Assembly (NCBI GenBank): GCA_019747905.1
Contig: JAIEQG010000031.1
Coordinates: forward strand, 706-64,705
Length of the DNA: 64,000 nucleotides
Source: Burkholderiales bacterium
GTDB taxonomy: Bacteria > Pseudomonadota > Gammaproteobacteria > Burkholderiales > Ga0077523
Direction of reading: 5' to 3'
The notes under the pieces are model-generated. The model had not been told where the DNA came from, searched no databases, and saw only the letters and a program-made list of their open reading frames with translations. Position 1 is the first letter of the stretch; each line of letters starts with the position of its first letter. The translations under genes and the position numbers were made by a program. Shown here piece after piece: positions 23,981-37,563 of the stretch.

Positions 23981-27114
<3,134 letters not shown>

Positions 27115-27144
27115 AAGTTGCCCTTCTCCCGGATCCAGAAGCCC

Positions 27145-28026
27145 GTGCGCAAAGTCACCACCGCAGTATTTCCCGTCGCCGGCCTCGGCACCCGATTTCT
27201 CCCGGCCACCAAGGCAAGCCCGAAAGAAATGCTGCCGATCGTGGACAAGCCGCTCATCCAGTACGCGGTGGAAGAGGCGGTGACCGCCGGCATCACGCAG
27301 ATGGTGTTCATCACCGGCAAGTCGAAGCGCGCCATCGAGGATCATTTCGACAAGGCCTACGAGCTCGAACAGGAACTCGAGGCCCGCGGCCGCACCGCCT
27401 TGCTGGAAACGGTGCGCAACATCGTGCCGAAGAACGTGAGCTGCATCTACGTGCGCCAGCCCGAAGCGCTCGGCCTGGGCCACGCGGTGCTGTGCGCAAA
27501 ACCGGTCGTGGGGGATGCCCCGTTCGCGGTCATCCTGGCCGATGACCTGATAGACGGCGAGCCCTCGGCGCTCCGGCAGATGGTCGACATCTTCCAGGAG
27601 CGCCAGGCTTCCGTCATCGCCGTGCAACAGATCCCGCGCGAGGAATCGAACAAGTACGGTGTGATCCGCAACGAACCGCTGGAAGGCAGGCTGCACCGCA
27701 TCGCGGCCATCGTGGAAAAGCCGCAGCCGAAGGATGCGCCGTCCAATCTCGCGGTGGTCGGGCGCTACATCCTCACGCCCTACATATTCCACTTCCTCGA
27801 GCGCATCGGCAAAGGCACGGGCGGCGAGATCCAGCTGACCGACGGCATTGCCCAGCTGCTCTACCACGAACCCGCACTTGCCTGGGAATTCCACGGCACG
27901 CGCTACGACTGCGGATCCAAGCTGGGCTACATGATGGCGAACTACGTGTACGGCCTGCGGCACCCGGAAGTGGGCGCGCCCTTCGCCGAGTTCGCCGCAT
28001 CAGTCGCAAACGGGAAAACAACCTAG
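27145..28026 (+). CDS. galU: UTP-glucose-1-phosphate uridylyltransferase
   Basis: PVAGLGTRFLPATKASPKEMLP, VEKP and GEIQLTD motifs. Confidence 0.96.
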   Translation: MRKVTTAVFPVAGLGTRFLPATKASPKEMLPIVDKPLIQYAVEEAVTAGITQMVFITGKSKRAIEDHFDKAYELEQELEARGRTALLETVRNIVPKNVSCIYVRQPEALGLGHAVLCAKPVVGDAPFAVILADDLIDGEPSALRQMVDIFQERQASVIAVQQIPREESNKYGVIRNEPLEGRLHRIAAIVEKPQPKDAPSNLAVVGRYILTPYIFHFLERIGKGTGGEIQLTDGIAQLLYHEPALAWEFHGTRYDCGSKLGYMMANYVYGLRHPEVGAPFAEFAASVANGKTT

Positions 28027-28034
28027 TTGCCTGC

Positions 28035-28589
28035 ATGCTCACCGCCGCGCGCGCCTGGGAGATCTTCGAATCCGCAGAAGTCGTATGCACGGCGGAGGCG
28101 GCCACCGCAGCGGTGAACCGGGTTGCGGACGAGGTTTCGAAGGCCTTGCGAAGCCGCTACCCGGTGGTGCTGTCGGTGATGGGCGGGGGCGTCGTGTTCA
28201 CCGGCCAGCTGCTGCCGTTGCTGCGCTTTCCGCTCGACTTCGACTACATTCATGCCACGCGCTACCGGGGTGACACCACGGGCAAGGCGATCGACTGGAA
28301 GGTGCGCCCGCGCGAAGACGTGCGCGATCGCGTAGTGCTGGTGGTCGACGACATCCTCGACGAAGGCTGGACCCTGGCCGCCATCCGCGACACGCTGCTC
28401 GAAGGCGGCGCGGCGGAGGTGCGCACCGCCGTGTTCTGCGAGAAACGCATCGGCCGTGCGCGACCGATCGAGGCCGACCACGTGGGGGTATCGGTGCCTG
28501 ACCGCTACGTGTTCGGCTTCGGCATGGACGTCTATGGGGCCTGGCGCAATCTGCCGGCCGTGTATGCCCTCAAGGAGGAAGTGCGATGA
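28035..28589 (+). CDS. hpt: Hypoxanthine-guanine phosphoribosyltransferase
   Basis: PRPP motif VLVVDDILDEGWTL and YVFGFGMD...WRNLP. Confidence 0.88.
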   Translation: MLTAARAWEIFESAEVVCTAEAATAAVNRVADEVSKALRSRYPVVLSVMGGGVVFTGQLLPLLRFPLDFDYIHATRYRGDTTGKAIDWKVRPREDVRDRVVLVVDDILDEGWTLAAIRDTLLEGGAAEVRTAVFCEKRIGRARPIEADHVGVSVPDRYVFGFGMDVYGAWRNLPAVYALKEEVR

Positions 28590-29344
28590 GCGTGCCGCTA
28601 GGCATCATCGGCGGCAGCGGCCTGACCCAGCTGTCCACCCTGGAAACGACCCGGCAGCAGGTGATCCGCACCCCGTTCGGCGAACCTTCCGGGGCACTCA
28701 CCTTCGGCACGCTGAGCGGCCGCGACGTGGTGTTTCTCGCACGGCACGGTTACGGGCACACGATCCCGCCACACCAGGTGAACTACCGTGCCAACATCTG
28801 GGCCCTGCACGCCGCCGGGGTGCAACGCATCGTCTCGGTTGCGTCGGTCGGCGGCATCCGTGCGGACATGGGGCCCGGTGTCATCGCCATTCCGCACCAG
28901 ATCCTCGACTACACCTGGGGGCGCAAGCAGACCTTCTTCGAAGGGCCGGATCAGCCCGTGACCCACGTGGATTTCACCCATCCGTACACCGAATCCGTGC
29001 GGCAGGTGCTGCTCGCAGCAGCGCAGCACGCGGGCGAAACGGTCGTCGCGGACGGCGTCTACGCCGCTACGCAGGGGCCCCGGCTGGAATCGGCAGCGGA
29101 GATCGACCGACTGGAGCGCGACGGTGCCACCGTGGTCGGCATGACCGGCATGCCCGAAGCGGTGCTGGCTCGGGAACTCGAGGTGGCCTACGGTGCCATC
29201 GCCGTGGTGGTGAATCACGCCGCCGGACGCGGCGAAAGCCGCGACGGCATTCATCTGGAAGACATCAACAGGACACTCGCCGGTGCCATCGCGCGCGTGC
29301 GGCGCATTCTCGAATCCCTGGTGCAGATCGATGGCCGTCCGTGA
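28586..29344 (+). CDS. mtnP: S-methyl-5'-thioinosine/thioadenosine phosphorylase
   Basis: [24 protein letters not shown] and VGMT motifs; the VVNHAAG variant suggests the thioinosine type. Confidence 0.88.
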   Translation: MSVPLGIIGGSGLTQLSTLETTRQQVIRTPFGEPSGALTFGTLSGRDVVFLARHGYGHTIPPHQVNYRANIWALHAAGVQRIVSVASVGGIRADMGPGVIAIPHQILDYTWGRKQTFFEGPDQPVTHVDFTHPYTESVRQVLLAAAQHAGETVVADGVYAATQGPRLESAAEIDRLERDGATVVGMTGMPEAVLARELEVAYGAIAVVVNHAAGRGESRDGIHLEDINRTLAGAIARVRRILESLVQIDGRP

Positions 29345-29864
29345 AGTCATTCGCATGGGGGATCCCCGCCTGCTGCACAAGTCGCAACCGGTGGAGCGCT
29401 TCGACACGCCTGAACTGCACGCGCTCGTCCGGGACCTCGAAGACACCATGCGCGCCATGAACGGTGCCGGCATCGCCGCGCCGCAGATCGCCGTCAACCA
29501 GCGCGTGGTGATCTTCGGCGGCTTCAAGTCGCCGCGCTATCCCGACGCTGACGAAGTGCCGTACACCGTGCTGGTGAACCCGGTGCTGGAGCCCCAGTCC
29601 GAGGCCATGGAAGACGGCTGGGAAGGGTGCCTGTCGGTGCCCGGCATGCGCGGCGTGGTGCCGCGCTACACCCGGCTGCGCTATCGCGGCTTCGATCAGT
29701 ACGGCAAACCCATCGATCGCACCGTGGACGGTTTCCACGCGCGCGTGGTCCAACACGAGTGCGATCACCTGGATGGCATTCTGTATCCCATGCGCATCCG
29801 CGATCTGCGCGACTTCGGTTTCGCGGACGTGCTCTTCCCCGGGCAACAGCTCGAGGATGACTGA
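29331..29864 (+). CDS. def: Peptide deformylase
   Basis: [17 protein letters not shown] and QHECDHLDG motifs. Confidence 0.95.
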   Translation: MAVREVIRMGDPRLLHKSQPVERFDTPELHALVRDLEDTMRAMNGAGIAAPQIAVNQRVVIFGGFKSPRYPDADEVPYTVLVNPVLEPQSEAMEDGWEGCLSVPGMRGVVPRYTRLRYRGFDQYGKPIDRTVDGFHARVVQHECDHLDGILYPMRIRDLRDFGFADVLFPGQQLEDD

Positions 29865-30608
29865 CGCATAGATGCCGGTCGAGGGAGTCGGCTCGGCCCG
29901 CTGACGAACGAGCGGCCCAAGTGCCTGGTGGTGCTCGCCGGCCGCAGCTTCCTGCAGTGGCAGCTCGACGCGCTTGCCGCTGCGTCAGTCTTGCCGGTCA
30001 CGGTCGTCACGGGCTACCAGGCCGCTGCTATCGAGGCGCTCGGCGTCACGACCCGGCACTACCCGGACTGGTCACGCACGAACATGGTCGGTACGCTGCT
30101 GTCGGCTGCGCCCCTGTTCCGCCGGACCCCGCAGCTCGTGTCGTATTCGGACATCGTCTACCACCCGGACCACGTACGGGCGCTCGCCGCGGCGCGCGCG
30201 CAGATAGCGATAACCTACGATCGTGCCTGGCTCGAGCTATGGAGCCTGCGTTTCGAGAATCCGCTGTCCGACGCCGAGACTTTCGCCGTCGCAGGCGATC
30301 GCCTGACGGCGATCGGCGCGAAAGCCGTGTCGATGGATGAAGTTCGAGGTCAGTACATGGGCTTGTTGCGGTTCACACCCGAAGGCTTCCGCATCGTCGA
30401 GGAGGCCGTGCGCGCACTCCCTGCCGAGGCAGCCGCGCGCCTCGACATGACGGCGATGCTGCGTCTGCTGCTGGAGCAGGGCGTCGAGATCGGCGCAGTG
30501 GCGGTGGACGGACGCTGGGTCGAGGTCGACAGTCCTGCCGACATCGAGCGCTACGAACGTGTCCTCGCCAGGAATAGCGGGCGATGGGTCCACGACTGGC
30601 GGTGGTGA
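29865..30608 (+). CDS. LicC-like phosphocholine/phosphonate cytidylyltransferase-family nucleotidyltransferase; start anomalous
   Basis: AGRGSRLGPLTNERPKCL lies upstream of the first canonical start (GTG 29928). Also has TNMVGTL, YSDIVY, GQYMGL and WVEVDS. Confidence 0.75.
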   Translation, partial: RIDAGRGSRLGPLTNERPKCLVVLAGRSFLQWQLDALAAASVLPVTVVTGYQAAAIEALGVTTRHYPDWSRTNMVGTLLSAAPLFRRTPQLVSYSDIVYHPDHVRALAAARAQIAITYDRAWLELWSLRFENPLSDAETFAVAGDRLTAIGAKAVSMDEVRGQYMGLLRFTPEGFRIVEEAVRALPAEAAARLDMTAMLRLLLEQGVEIGAVAVDGRWVEVDSPADIERYERVLARNSGRWVHDWRW

Positions 30609-30666
30609 CGTCGATGATGCAGTGGCAAGCGTCGTGCTAAGCACATCGGCGACCCGCTCCGAAACC

Positions 30667-32688
30667 ATGCAACCCGCCCCCATCCAGCTCCCGGCGCCGG
30701 CAAGCCCTGCCGCACCAGCCGCAGGCGCGGCAGCCATTGCCGGCACGGAGGCGATCGCACGTCTGATCGAGATCGCGGAAGGCTTGCGCGCGGAGGGGCG
30801 GGACGCCGATGCCGTCGCCCTCTACACCCGCATCCTGGAAGCAGCCCCGGCGATGCCGGCGGCCTGGAACAATCTCGCTCTTGCCCTGGTGCGTCTCGGC
30901 CACGTGGATGCCGCCATCGAGGCACTCCGGACCGGTTGCGAGACGGCACCGCACATCCCCGAACTCTGGGCCAATCTGGCCGAGCAGCTTCACCGGCGCG
31001 GCGCGCGGTCCGATGCCATCGCCGCCTATCGGCGAGCGCTCGACCTGCGGGGCGACTGGCCCGAAGCGTGGAACAACCTCGGCATCCTCCTCCGCGAATG
31101 CGAACGGCACGAAGATGCCATCTCCTGCTTCGCCCGTGCCATCGAAGTGCTTCCCGGCTTCGCGGCGGCCCACTACAACCTGGGCAACGCGTTACGCTCG
31201 CTCGGCCGGATCGATGACGCCCGCGCAAGCTTCGACCGCACACTGGCGCTCGACCCGGCGAACGCCGACGCAGTCCTCAACCGTGCCGGCGTCGAAACCG
31301 ATCACGACGCGGCGGCACAGCTGTACGCGCTGGCGGAAGCCCTCGACGGACCTCGTGCCGACGCGCTCGCCGCGCGCGCTTGCGAGCAGCTCATGGGCTG
31401 CGACTGGGATGGCCACGACGCGATGGTGGCGGTGTTGCGTGAACGCGTTCTGGGAGGTGTCGGCCCACCCGCATCACCGTTTCAATGTATCCAACTGATC
31501 GATGATGCAGGTCTGCAACAGGCGTGCGCACGACGCTGGACCCGACTCAAGGTGGCAGCCGTTGCGGAACGTCGTGCCGACATCGTGACCGGTGCCGCGG
31601 GCCCCCTGCGGATCGGTTATCTCTCCGGGGACTTCCGGGATCACGCGGTCGGACGGCTGATCGCTCCGCTCATCGCGGCCCACGACCGCGAGCGGGTGGA
31701 AGTGTACTGCTATGCGACGACCCGATCCGACGGCAGCGCTGTGCGCGGGTCGGTCGAACACGCCGCTACCGTGTTCCGCGAGGTGCCGGGGAGGGATGCT
31801 GCTGCTCTGGCCGACGTCCTTCGTACCGACCGGCTGCACGTCCTTGTGGACCTGTCCGGCTACACGGAACACGGAGCGTCGAACGCACTGAGCCACCGAC
31901 CAGCACCGGTGCAGGCGACCTACCTCGGGTTTCCCGGCACCCTGGGCAACCCCGCCGTCGACGCGCTGATCGCGGACCGGATCGTGATCCCCCCCGCGAA
32001 CGAACGACACTTCGACGAGGAGGTCGTGCGCCTGGGACCAGGCTTCCAACCCTGGCCGGATACGCCGGATCCAGTCGCCGACACCTCGCCCGGCGACTGG
32101 GGGTTGCCACCGAACACATTCGTGTTCTGTTCGTTCAACGCCGCGTACAAGCTCAAAGCCGGGTGCTTTTCGACGTGGATGGAGATCCTTAAGCGCTGCG
32201 ACGCCGGCGTGCTGTGGCTGCTGGACCCCGGAGCGAGGGGCCGGGAGCGCCTGGCAGTTCAAGCCCGGCGACAAGGTGTGGATCCCCGGCGCTTGGTATT
32301 CGCGCCGCGCGTGACCTACGAACAGCACGCTGGCCGCCTGGCCCATGCTCACCTGTTCCTCGACACCTTCGGTTACTCCGCCGGCGCCACCGCCGCCCAG
32401 ACTCTCCTGGCCGGAGTGCCGATGGTCACGCTGCCCGGCGAGAGCTATGCTGCGCGGATGGGTGCTTCGGTCCTGACCGGCGTCGGCGGCGACAGCCTGG
32501 TCGCCGGCTCGGTGGACGGCTACGTCGATATCGCGCTGGCGCAGAGCGGATCGGTGGATGCATGCCGGCACACGGGTCGCCGGTTGCGGGAAGCGGCGGA
32601 AGACCAGCGCGACGCCCGTCTCCATGCGCGCGCCCTGGAGGACGCGTACCTACTTCTGGTCGCGCGCGCCGGCGAGCGCCTTTCATGA
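30667..32688 (+). CDS. TPR plus GT41 (OGT/SPINDLY-like) glycosyltransferase
   Basis: Several TPRs (AWNNLG, AHYNLG), RIGYLSGDFRDHAVG, APVQATYLGFPGT, FCSFNAAYK and LFLDTF. Confidence 0.88.
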   Translation: MQPAPIQLPAPASPAAPAAGAAAIAGTEAIARLIEIAEGLRAEGRDADAVALYTRILEAAPAMPAAWNNLALALVRLGHVDAAIEALRTGCETAPHIPELWANLAEQLHRRGARSDAIAAYRRALDLRGDWPEAWNNLGILLRECERHEDAISCFARAIEVLPGFAAAHYNLGNALRSLGRIDDARASFDRTLALDPANADAVLNRAGVETDHDAAAQLYALAEALDGPRADALAARACEQLMGCDWDGHDAMVAVLRERVLGGVGPPASPFQCIQLIDDAGLQQACARRWTRLKVAAVAERRADIVTGAAGPLRIGYLSGDFRDHAVGRLIAPLIAAHDRERVEVYCYATTRSDGSAVRGSVEHAATVFREVPGRDAAALADVLRTDRLHVLVDLSGYTEHGASNALSHRPAPVQATYLGFPGTLGNPAVDALIADRIVIPPANERHFDEEVVRLGPGFQPWPDTPDPVADTSPGDWGLPPNTFVFCSFNAAYKLKAGCFSTWMEILKRCDAGVLWLLDPGARGRERLAVQARRQGVDPRRLVFAPRVTYEQHAGRLAHAHLFLDTFGYSAGATAAQTLLAGVPMVTLPGESYAARMGASVLTGVGGDSLVAGSVDGYVDIALAQSGSVDACRHTGRRLREAAEDQRDARLHARALEDAYLLLVARAGERLS

Positions 32689-35600
32689 AACCTCAACGTG
32701 CACGCCCCGGTTCCACGGGAGACGTCGATGGCCGGCTACGCCAGGCTGCGGCTGCCCATGGCGCCGGGCAACTCGACGAAGCCCTGGCGGTGTACGACAC
32801 ATTGATCCAGCGTCACCCCGGCGACTGGCGAGCGCACTATCTCTCGGGGCTGCTCATGCAGTCGCGCCACGATCTGCCCGGGGCGGCACAGCGGTTGCGC
32901 CGTGCCTCGACTCTCAACCCGGCACACGTGGACGGCTGGGTGGCATTGGCCGACGCCGAGTCGGCCTCCGGAAACGCACGGGGCGCCCACGATGCCGCCG
33001 AGGAGGCCGTTCGGCGCAGACCCGAAGACGCACGCGTCCTGTTCCGGCGCGCCTTGGCGCGTGAGGCGCTGGGAGAGTGGGAAGGGGCCATCGCGGACTA
33101 TGAACGGATCGTCACCCTCGATCCGGCGTTCGCGGAAGCATGGAACAACCTCGGCAACGTCAGGCGTGCCGTCCGTCGCATCGACGACGCCCGCCGAGCC
33201 TACGAACGGGCGATCGAACTACGACCCGAGTTCGCGCAGGCCCACCATAACCTGGCGGTACTGCTCGAACTAGAACTCGGCGCGGTGCAGGATGCGTTGC
33301 CGCACTATCGGCGGGCAGTGGAGCTCGCGCCCGACTACGCGGAGGCCCACTGTCACCTCGGTGCCGCGCTGTGGCAACTCGGTCACGCACTGCAGGCGGT
33401 GGAATGCTACGAGCGTGCCCTCGCGCTGCGGCCGGACTATCCCGAGGTCTGGAACAACCTCGGTCTGGTCTATGCACGGGAGCGCCAATATCCCGAGGCC
33501 GAGGCGTGCTATCGCCGCGCGCTGGAGATCAACCCGGCGTTCTTCCAGGTGCACAACAATCTGGGCTTCCTGCAGCTGCGGCGCGAACGTCCCGATCTCG
33601 CGGTGGCCGAGTTCGAAGCCGCCGCCGCCCTCGTTCCCGATGCCCCCGAGAGCCTGAACGGCCTCGGCATGGCGCTCAAGGAACTGGGACGCCCCGACGA
33701 CGCGGTCGCTCACCTCGAACGGGCCGTCGCATTGCGCCCGACGCTGGCGCCAGCCTGGGCCAATCTGGGTGAAGCACTGGCCGCCCTGGGTGAAACCGAG
33801 CGCGCGGAAGCGGCGCTCATGGAGGCGGACCGGCTCGAACCCAACGCGGGTCTCCGCTTGCGTGCAGCACTCGTGCTGCCGCCGGTGATGACCGGCCGCG
33901 ACGGAATAGACGATTCGCGCGCGCGCATGGCTGCCAAGCTCGATGCGTTGCTGGCAAGCGACCTGGTGACCAACGACGCCGGGTTGCTCGCGCACGCGGA
34001 CACCCCGTTCTTCCTCGCGTATCACGGCCGTTCCGATCGGGAACTCCTCACGGAACTGGCTGCCGCTGCTGCACAGATGGCGCCGCAACTGCTGGCGACG
34101 GCACCGCATTGCCTGCGTTACGTGGGCCCTGGCGAGCGCATCCGCGTCGCCGTCGTGTCGCGATTCTGCTACAACCATTCCGTCGGCAACTTCTTCAATC
34201 CCATCCTGGCGCGCCTCGCGGCCGAGCCGGATTTCGAAGTGACGCTGTTCACCGTCGGCATGAAGACCGACGCCGTGCTGGAACGGTTCGCCGCGGCGTG
34301 CCACGAGCACGTGCAGCTCGATGACTCCCTGGAGCACGCTCGTTCGACGCTGACGGCCGGCAAGTTCGATCTGCTGATCTATCCGGAGATCGGCATGGAC
34401 GCATTCACCTACTTCCTGGCGTTCGCGCGACTCGCGCCGGTGCAGTGCGTCCTGCACGGACACTCCAACACCACGGGTCTGCCGGCCATGGACTACTTCG
34501 TGTCCAGCCGGCTCCTCGAACCCGACGGCGGCCAGGACCACTACAGCGAGCAGTTGGTACTGCTCGATACGCTGATGATGCACCTCGAGCCGGTGCAGGT
34601 TCCGACGCTGCGCCTGCGCCGGGAGGAACTCGGGCTGGAAACCGGCGTGCGTCTGTACGTCTGCCCGATGAAGCTGCAGAAGCTCCACCCGGACATGGAC
34701 GGAGCCTTCCTCGGCATCCTCGAGCGCGATCCCGATGCGCGCATCGTGCTGTTCGACGACGACCGGCACACAGTTTGGCGGGAGCAGGTCCTCGGACGTC
34801 TGCGGCGATCGCTGGGCGAGCGCATGGATCGGATCGTCGTGCGACCCTGGGCACCCCTGGCGGAGTTCGTGTCGGTGCTCGCAGCGGCCGACGCCGTGCT
34901 GGATTCGTTCCATCACGGCGGCGCCACCACGGCCAACATCTGCCTTTCTTGCGGCATTCCCATGATCACCTGGCCGGGACCCACGGGCCGCGGCCGAGGC
35001 CTGCTCGCGTACTACCGGTTGCTCGGCGTGGAGGATTGCATCGCACCCACCCAGGACGCTTTCGTGAACCTCGCGACCCGCTGCGCGCGCAATCCCGAGT
35101 GGCGTCGCGGCGTCGCCGATCGCATCGTTGGCGCATTGCCGCTGCTGCACGACAACGACGGCGTGTTTCGTGCATACGCGGACGCGTTTCGCACGATGGT
35201 CGGCAGCGCGACCGGACTCCGGGAGTGCCCCGGTTACGGCGGGCGCCGCTATTTCGGCACCTATCCGCTCGCACGACTCGAGGACCTCGAAGCGGGGGGA
35301 CAGGTCCGGACGCGGGCGCTCGATCTCGCCCGAGTAGCGACGCGGGTCCGGCCGCGCTACGTCGGCGAGGAAGCATCGCCGCCCGAGATCGAGGAAGCGC
35401 CGGCAGCAGGCATGGTCGCGTTGACCGGCGCCGCCGTCCATGGAGAGACGGCCGTGATCACGTGCGGCGACCGAGCCCTGGTGGAGATGACGGAACATCC
35501 CGGGTTCGCCCGGTTCAACTACGTCTCACCGGCCGCCCCGATGCTGGACCGCGACCGTTTCGTGCTGCATGCGCTGCGCGTGCACCCGCAGGAGATCGAG

Positions 35601-36383
35601 CGCGGCTTCTGGATGGGCGGACTGGGCAGCAGCAACTACTTCCACTGGATGATCGAGTTCCTGCCGCGACTCATCGGATACGCCGAGCACGTCCCGCGGG
35701 ACACGCCGCTGATCCTGGACGAACGGGTCGCGGCCGTTCCGCAGCTCATGGAGGCCCTCGACACCTGTCTGGGCGGAGCCGTCGACGTCATCCGCCTGCC
35801 TCGCAATGCGCGTTGCTCAGTGCGCGAGCTGTGGCTCGGCACTCTGACGTCCTGGTTGCCGTTCGACTATCGCGAGGGACAGGTCATCCGCGCGGACGAC
35901 CAGCGGCTCAACGATGCCGCCCTGCGCTGGGTACGAGAGCGCATGCGCACCGCCGCGAGTGCAACGACGCGCAAGGGCCGGAAGCTCTATCTCCCCCGGG
36001 CCGGCTCCACCATCCGGCGGCTCGTCAACGCCGCGGAGGTCAGAGGGTTGCTGGAACGCAATGGCTTCGAACCCGTATTCCCAGAAAAACTCAGCCTGCA
36101 TGCGCAAATACAGGCGTTCGCGGAGGCCGACATCGTCGTCGCGCCTTCCGGTGCCGGGATGACGAACGTCCTGTTCGCGTCGCCGGGCGCCCGCGTGATC
36201 TGCTTTCTGCCGGAGGAATGGCGGGCGTTCTCCGCCTATTCCACGCTGGCCCACGCCGCCGGCGCCGAGTGCCGCTGCGTGGGTGGCGAGGTGGTCGCCG
36301 ATTCGTTCCGCATTCCGCACCAGCGCGACTACTGGGTCGACATGGAACAGCTCCAGGCCGCGCTTTCCTGGGCATCTCGATAG
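32685..36383 (+). CDS. TPR plus GT41-type glycosyltransferase fused to a C-terminal GT61 (DUF563) domain
   Basis: About 10 TPRs, then NHSVG, YPEIGMD, RLAPVQCVLHGHSNTTG and QKLHP, then NYFHWMIEFLPRL, RRLVN and QIQAFAEADIVVAPSGAGMTN. ATGA overlap with the previous gene. Confidence 0.85.
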   Translation: MKPQRARPGSTGDVDGRLRQAAAAHGAGQLDEALAVYDTLIQRHPGDWRAHYLSGLLMQSRHDLPGAAQRLRRASTLNPAHVDGWVALADAESASGNARGAHDAAEEAVRRRPEDARVLFRRALAREALGEWEGAIADYERIVTLDPAFAEAWNNLGNVRRAVRRIDDARRAYERAIELRPEFAQAHHNLAVLLELELGAVQDALPHYRRAVELAPDYAEAHCHLGAALWQLGHALQAVECYERALALRPDYPEVWNNLGLVYARERQYPEAEACYRRALEINPAFFQVHNNLGFLQLRRERPDLAVAEFEAAAALVPDAPESLNGLGMALKELGRPDDAVAHLERAVALRPTLAPAWANLGEALAALGETERAEAALMEADRLEPNAGLRLRAALVLPPVMTGRDGIDDSRARMAAKLDALLASDLVTNDAGLLAHADTPFFLAYHGRSDRELLTELAAAAAQMAPQLLATAPHCLRYVGPGERIRVAVVSRFCYNHSVGNFFNPILARLAAEPDFEVTLFTVGMKTDAVLERFAAACHEHVQLDDSLEHARSTLTAGKFDLLIYPEIGMDAFTYFLAFARLAPVQCVLHGHSNTTGLPAMDYFVSSRLLEPDGGQDHYSEQLVLLDTLMMHLEPVQVPTLRLRREELGLETGVRLYVCPMKLQKLHPDMDGAFLGILERDPDARIVLFDDDRHTVWREQVLGRLRRSLGERMDRIVVRPWAPLAEFVSVLAAADAVLDSFHHGGATTANICLSCGIPMITWPGPTGRGRGLLAYYRLLGVEDCIAPTQDAFVNLATRCARNPEWRRGVADRIVGALPLLHDNDGVFRAYADAFRTMVGSATGLRECPGYGGRRYFGTYPLARLEDLEAGGQVRTRALDLARVATRVRPRYVGEEASPPEIEEAPAAGMVALTGAAVHGETAVITCGDRALVEMTEHPGFARFNYVSPAAPMLDRDRFVLHALRVHPQEIERGFWMGGLGSSNYFHWMIEFLPRLIGYAEHVPRDTPLILDERVAAVPQLMEALDTCLGGAVDVIRLPRNARCSVRELWLGTLTSWLPFDYREGQVIRADDQRLNDAALRWVRERMRTAASATTRKGRKLYLPRAGSTIRRLVNAAEVRGLLERNGFEPVFPEKLSLHAQIQAFAEADIVVAPSGAGMTNVLFASPGARVICFLPEEWRAFSAYSTLAHAAGAECRCVGGEVVADSFRIPHQRDYWVDMEQLQAALSWASR

Positions 36384-36396
36384 GGAGGCAGCACGC

Positions 36397-37131
36397 GTGA
36401 AGCATCCGTTGGCACTGGTGGAAACGGACGACGTGGGTGCGGACACGGTAGTGCACGCCTTCGCCGTGATCCGGGCTGGAGCAAGCATCGGACGGGGCTG
36501 CATCGTCCATCCCCATGCGGTGATCGAGAGCGGTGTCGTGCTGGGCGACGGCGTGGAGGTCTTCCCGGGCGCGTGCATCGGCCGCACTCCGAAAGGCGCG
36601 GGTGCGACGGCGCGCACGCCCGATTTCGCTCCCCGCGTCGTGATCGGGGACGGTTGCTCGATCGGTCCGCATGCCGTCGTCTACTATGACGTCGAGATCG
36701 GAGCCCACAGCCTGATCGGCGACGGCGCGTCGATCCGCGAGAAGGTGAGGATCGGCACGCGATGCCTCGTGAGCCGTGGCGTCACCATCAACTATCGTTG
36801 CACCATCGGCGACCGCACGAAAATCATGGATCTCACCCACATCACCGGCAACACGACGATCGGCGCCGACGTGTTCGTCAGCACCCTCGTGGCGACCACC
36901 AACGATTCCTCTCTCGGCCGGCTCGCCTACAGCGACGGCGACATGCGCGGCCCGGTGCTCGAGGACGGCGCCGCCGTGGGCGCGGGAGCCAACATCCTTC
37001 CCGGCGTGCGCGTCGGTGCTGGTGCCGTGGTAGGTGCCGGTTCAATCGTGACCCGGGACGTCCCGGCCGGAAAGCTGGCCTTCGGTGCGCCGGCCCGCGT
37101 CGTTCGCGATGTCGTCCCGCAGGAGAAGTAG
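36397..37131 (+). CDS. Hexapeptide-repeat (left-handed beta-helix) N-acyltransferase
   Basis: Repeated [LIV]G hexapeptides, [15 protein letters not shown] and GAPARV; RBS GGAGG before GTG. Confidence 0.85.
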   Translation: MKHPLALVETDDVGADTVVHAFAVIRAGASIGRGCIVHPHAVIESGVVLGDGVEVFPGACIGRTPKGAGATARTPDFAPRVVIGDGCSIGPHAVVYYDVEIGAHSLIGDGASIREKVRIGTRCLVSRGVTINYRCTIGDRTKIMDLTHITGNTTIGADVFVSTLVATTNDSSLGRLAYSDGDMRGPVLEDGAAVGAGANILPGVRVGAGAVVGAGSIVTRDVPAGKLAFGAPARVVRDVVPQEK

Positions 37132-37137
37132 ACCGCC

Positions 37138-37563
37138 ATGGGCCTGGAACTTTGCCGTTTCATCGAACTGCCGATCGTTCACGACCCGCGCGGCAACCTC
37201 ACCTTCGTCGAAGGCGGCCGCCATGCACCGTTCGACATCAAGCGCGTCTACTACCTCTACGACGTTCCGGGCGGAGCGACCCGAGCCGGCCATGGCCACA
37301 AGGCGTTGCACCAGCTGGTCATCGCCATGTCCGGCAGCTTCGACGTCGTGCTCGACGACGGTTCGCGCACCCGGCGCTATCACCTGAATCGCTCCTACTA
37401 CGGCCTCTACATCGCTCCGATGATGTGGCGCGAGATCGACAATTTCTCATCCGGGTCGGTGTGCATGGTGCTGGCGTCCGAGTTCTACGACGAGGCCGAC
37501 TACTTCCGCGAATACGCGGACTTCAAGGCGGCCACCGAGGCAGCGGCGGCCAAGCGCCCGTGA
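37138..37563 (+). CDS. fdtA: dTDP-4-keto-6-deoxyhexose 3,4-ketoisomerase (FdtA/QdtA family)
   Basis: [26 protein letters not shown] and [12 protein letters not shown] motifs. Confidence 0.88.
   Translation: MGLELCRFIELPIVHDPRGNLTFVEGGRHAPFDIKRVYYLYDVPGGATRAGHGHKALHQLVIAMSGSFDVVLDDGSRTRRYHLNRSYYGLYIAPMMWREIDNFSSGSVCMVLASEFYDEADYFREYADFKAATEAAAAKRP

Noticed and set aside
36762-37559. 643-aa aminotransferase with a long N-terminal extension
   Set aside because: The extension overlaps the acyltransferase and fdtA in another frame and has shadow-ORF composition.
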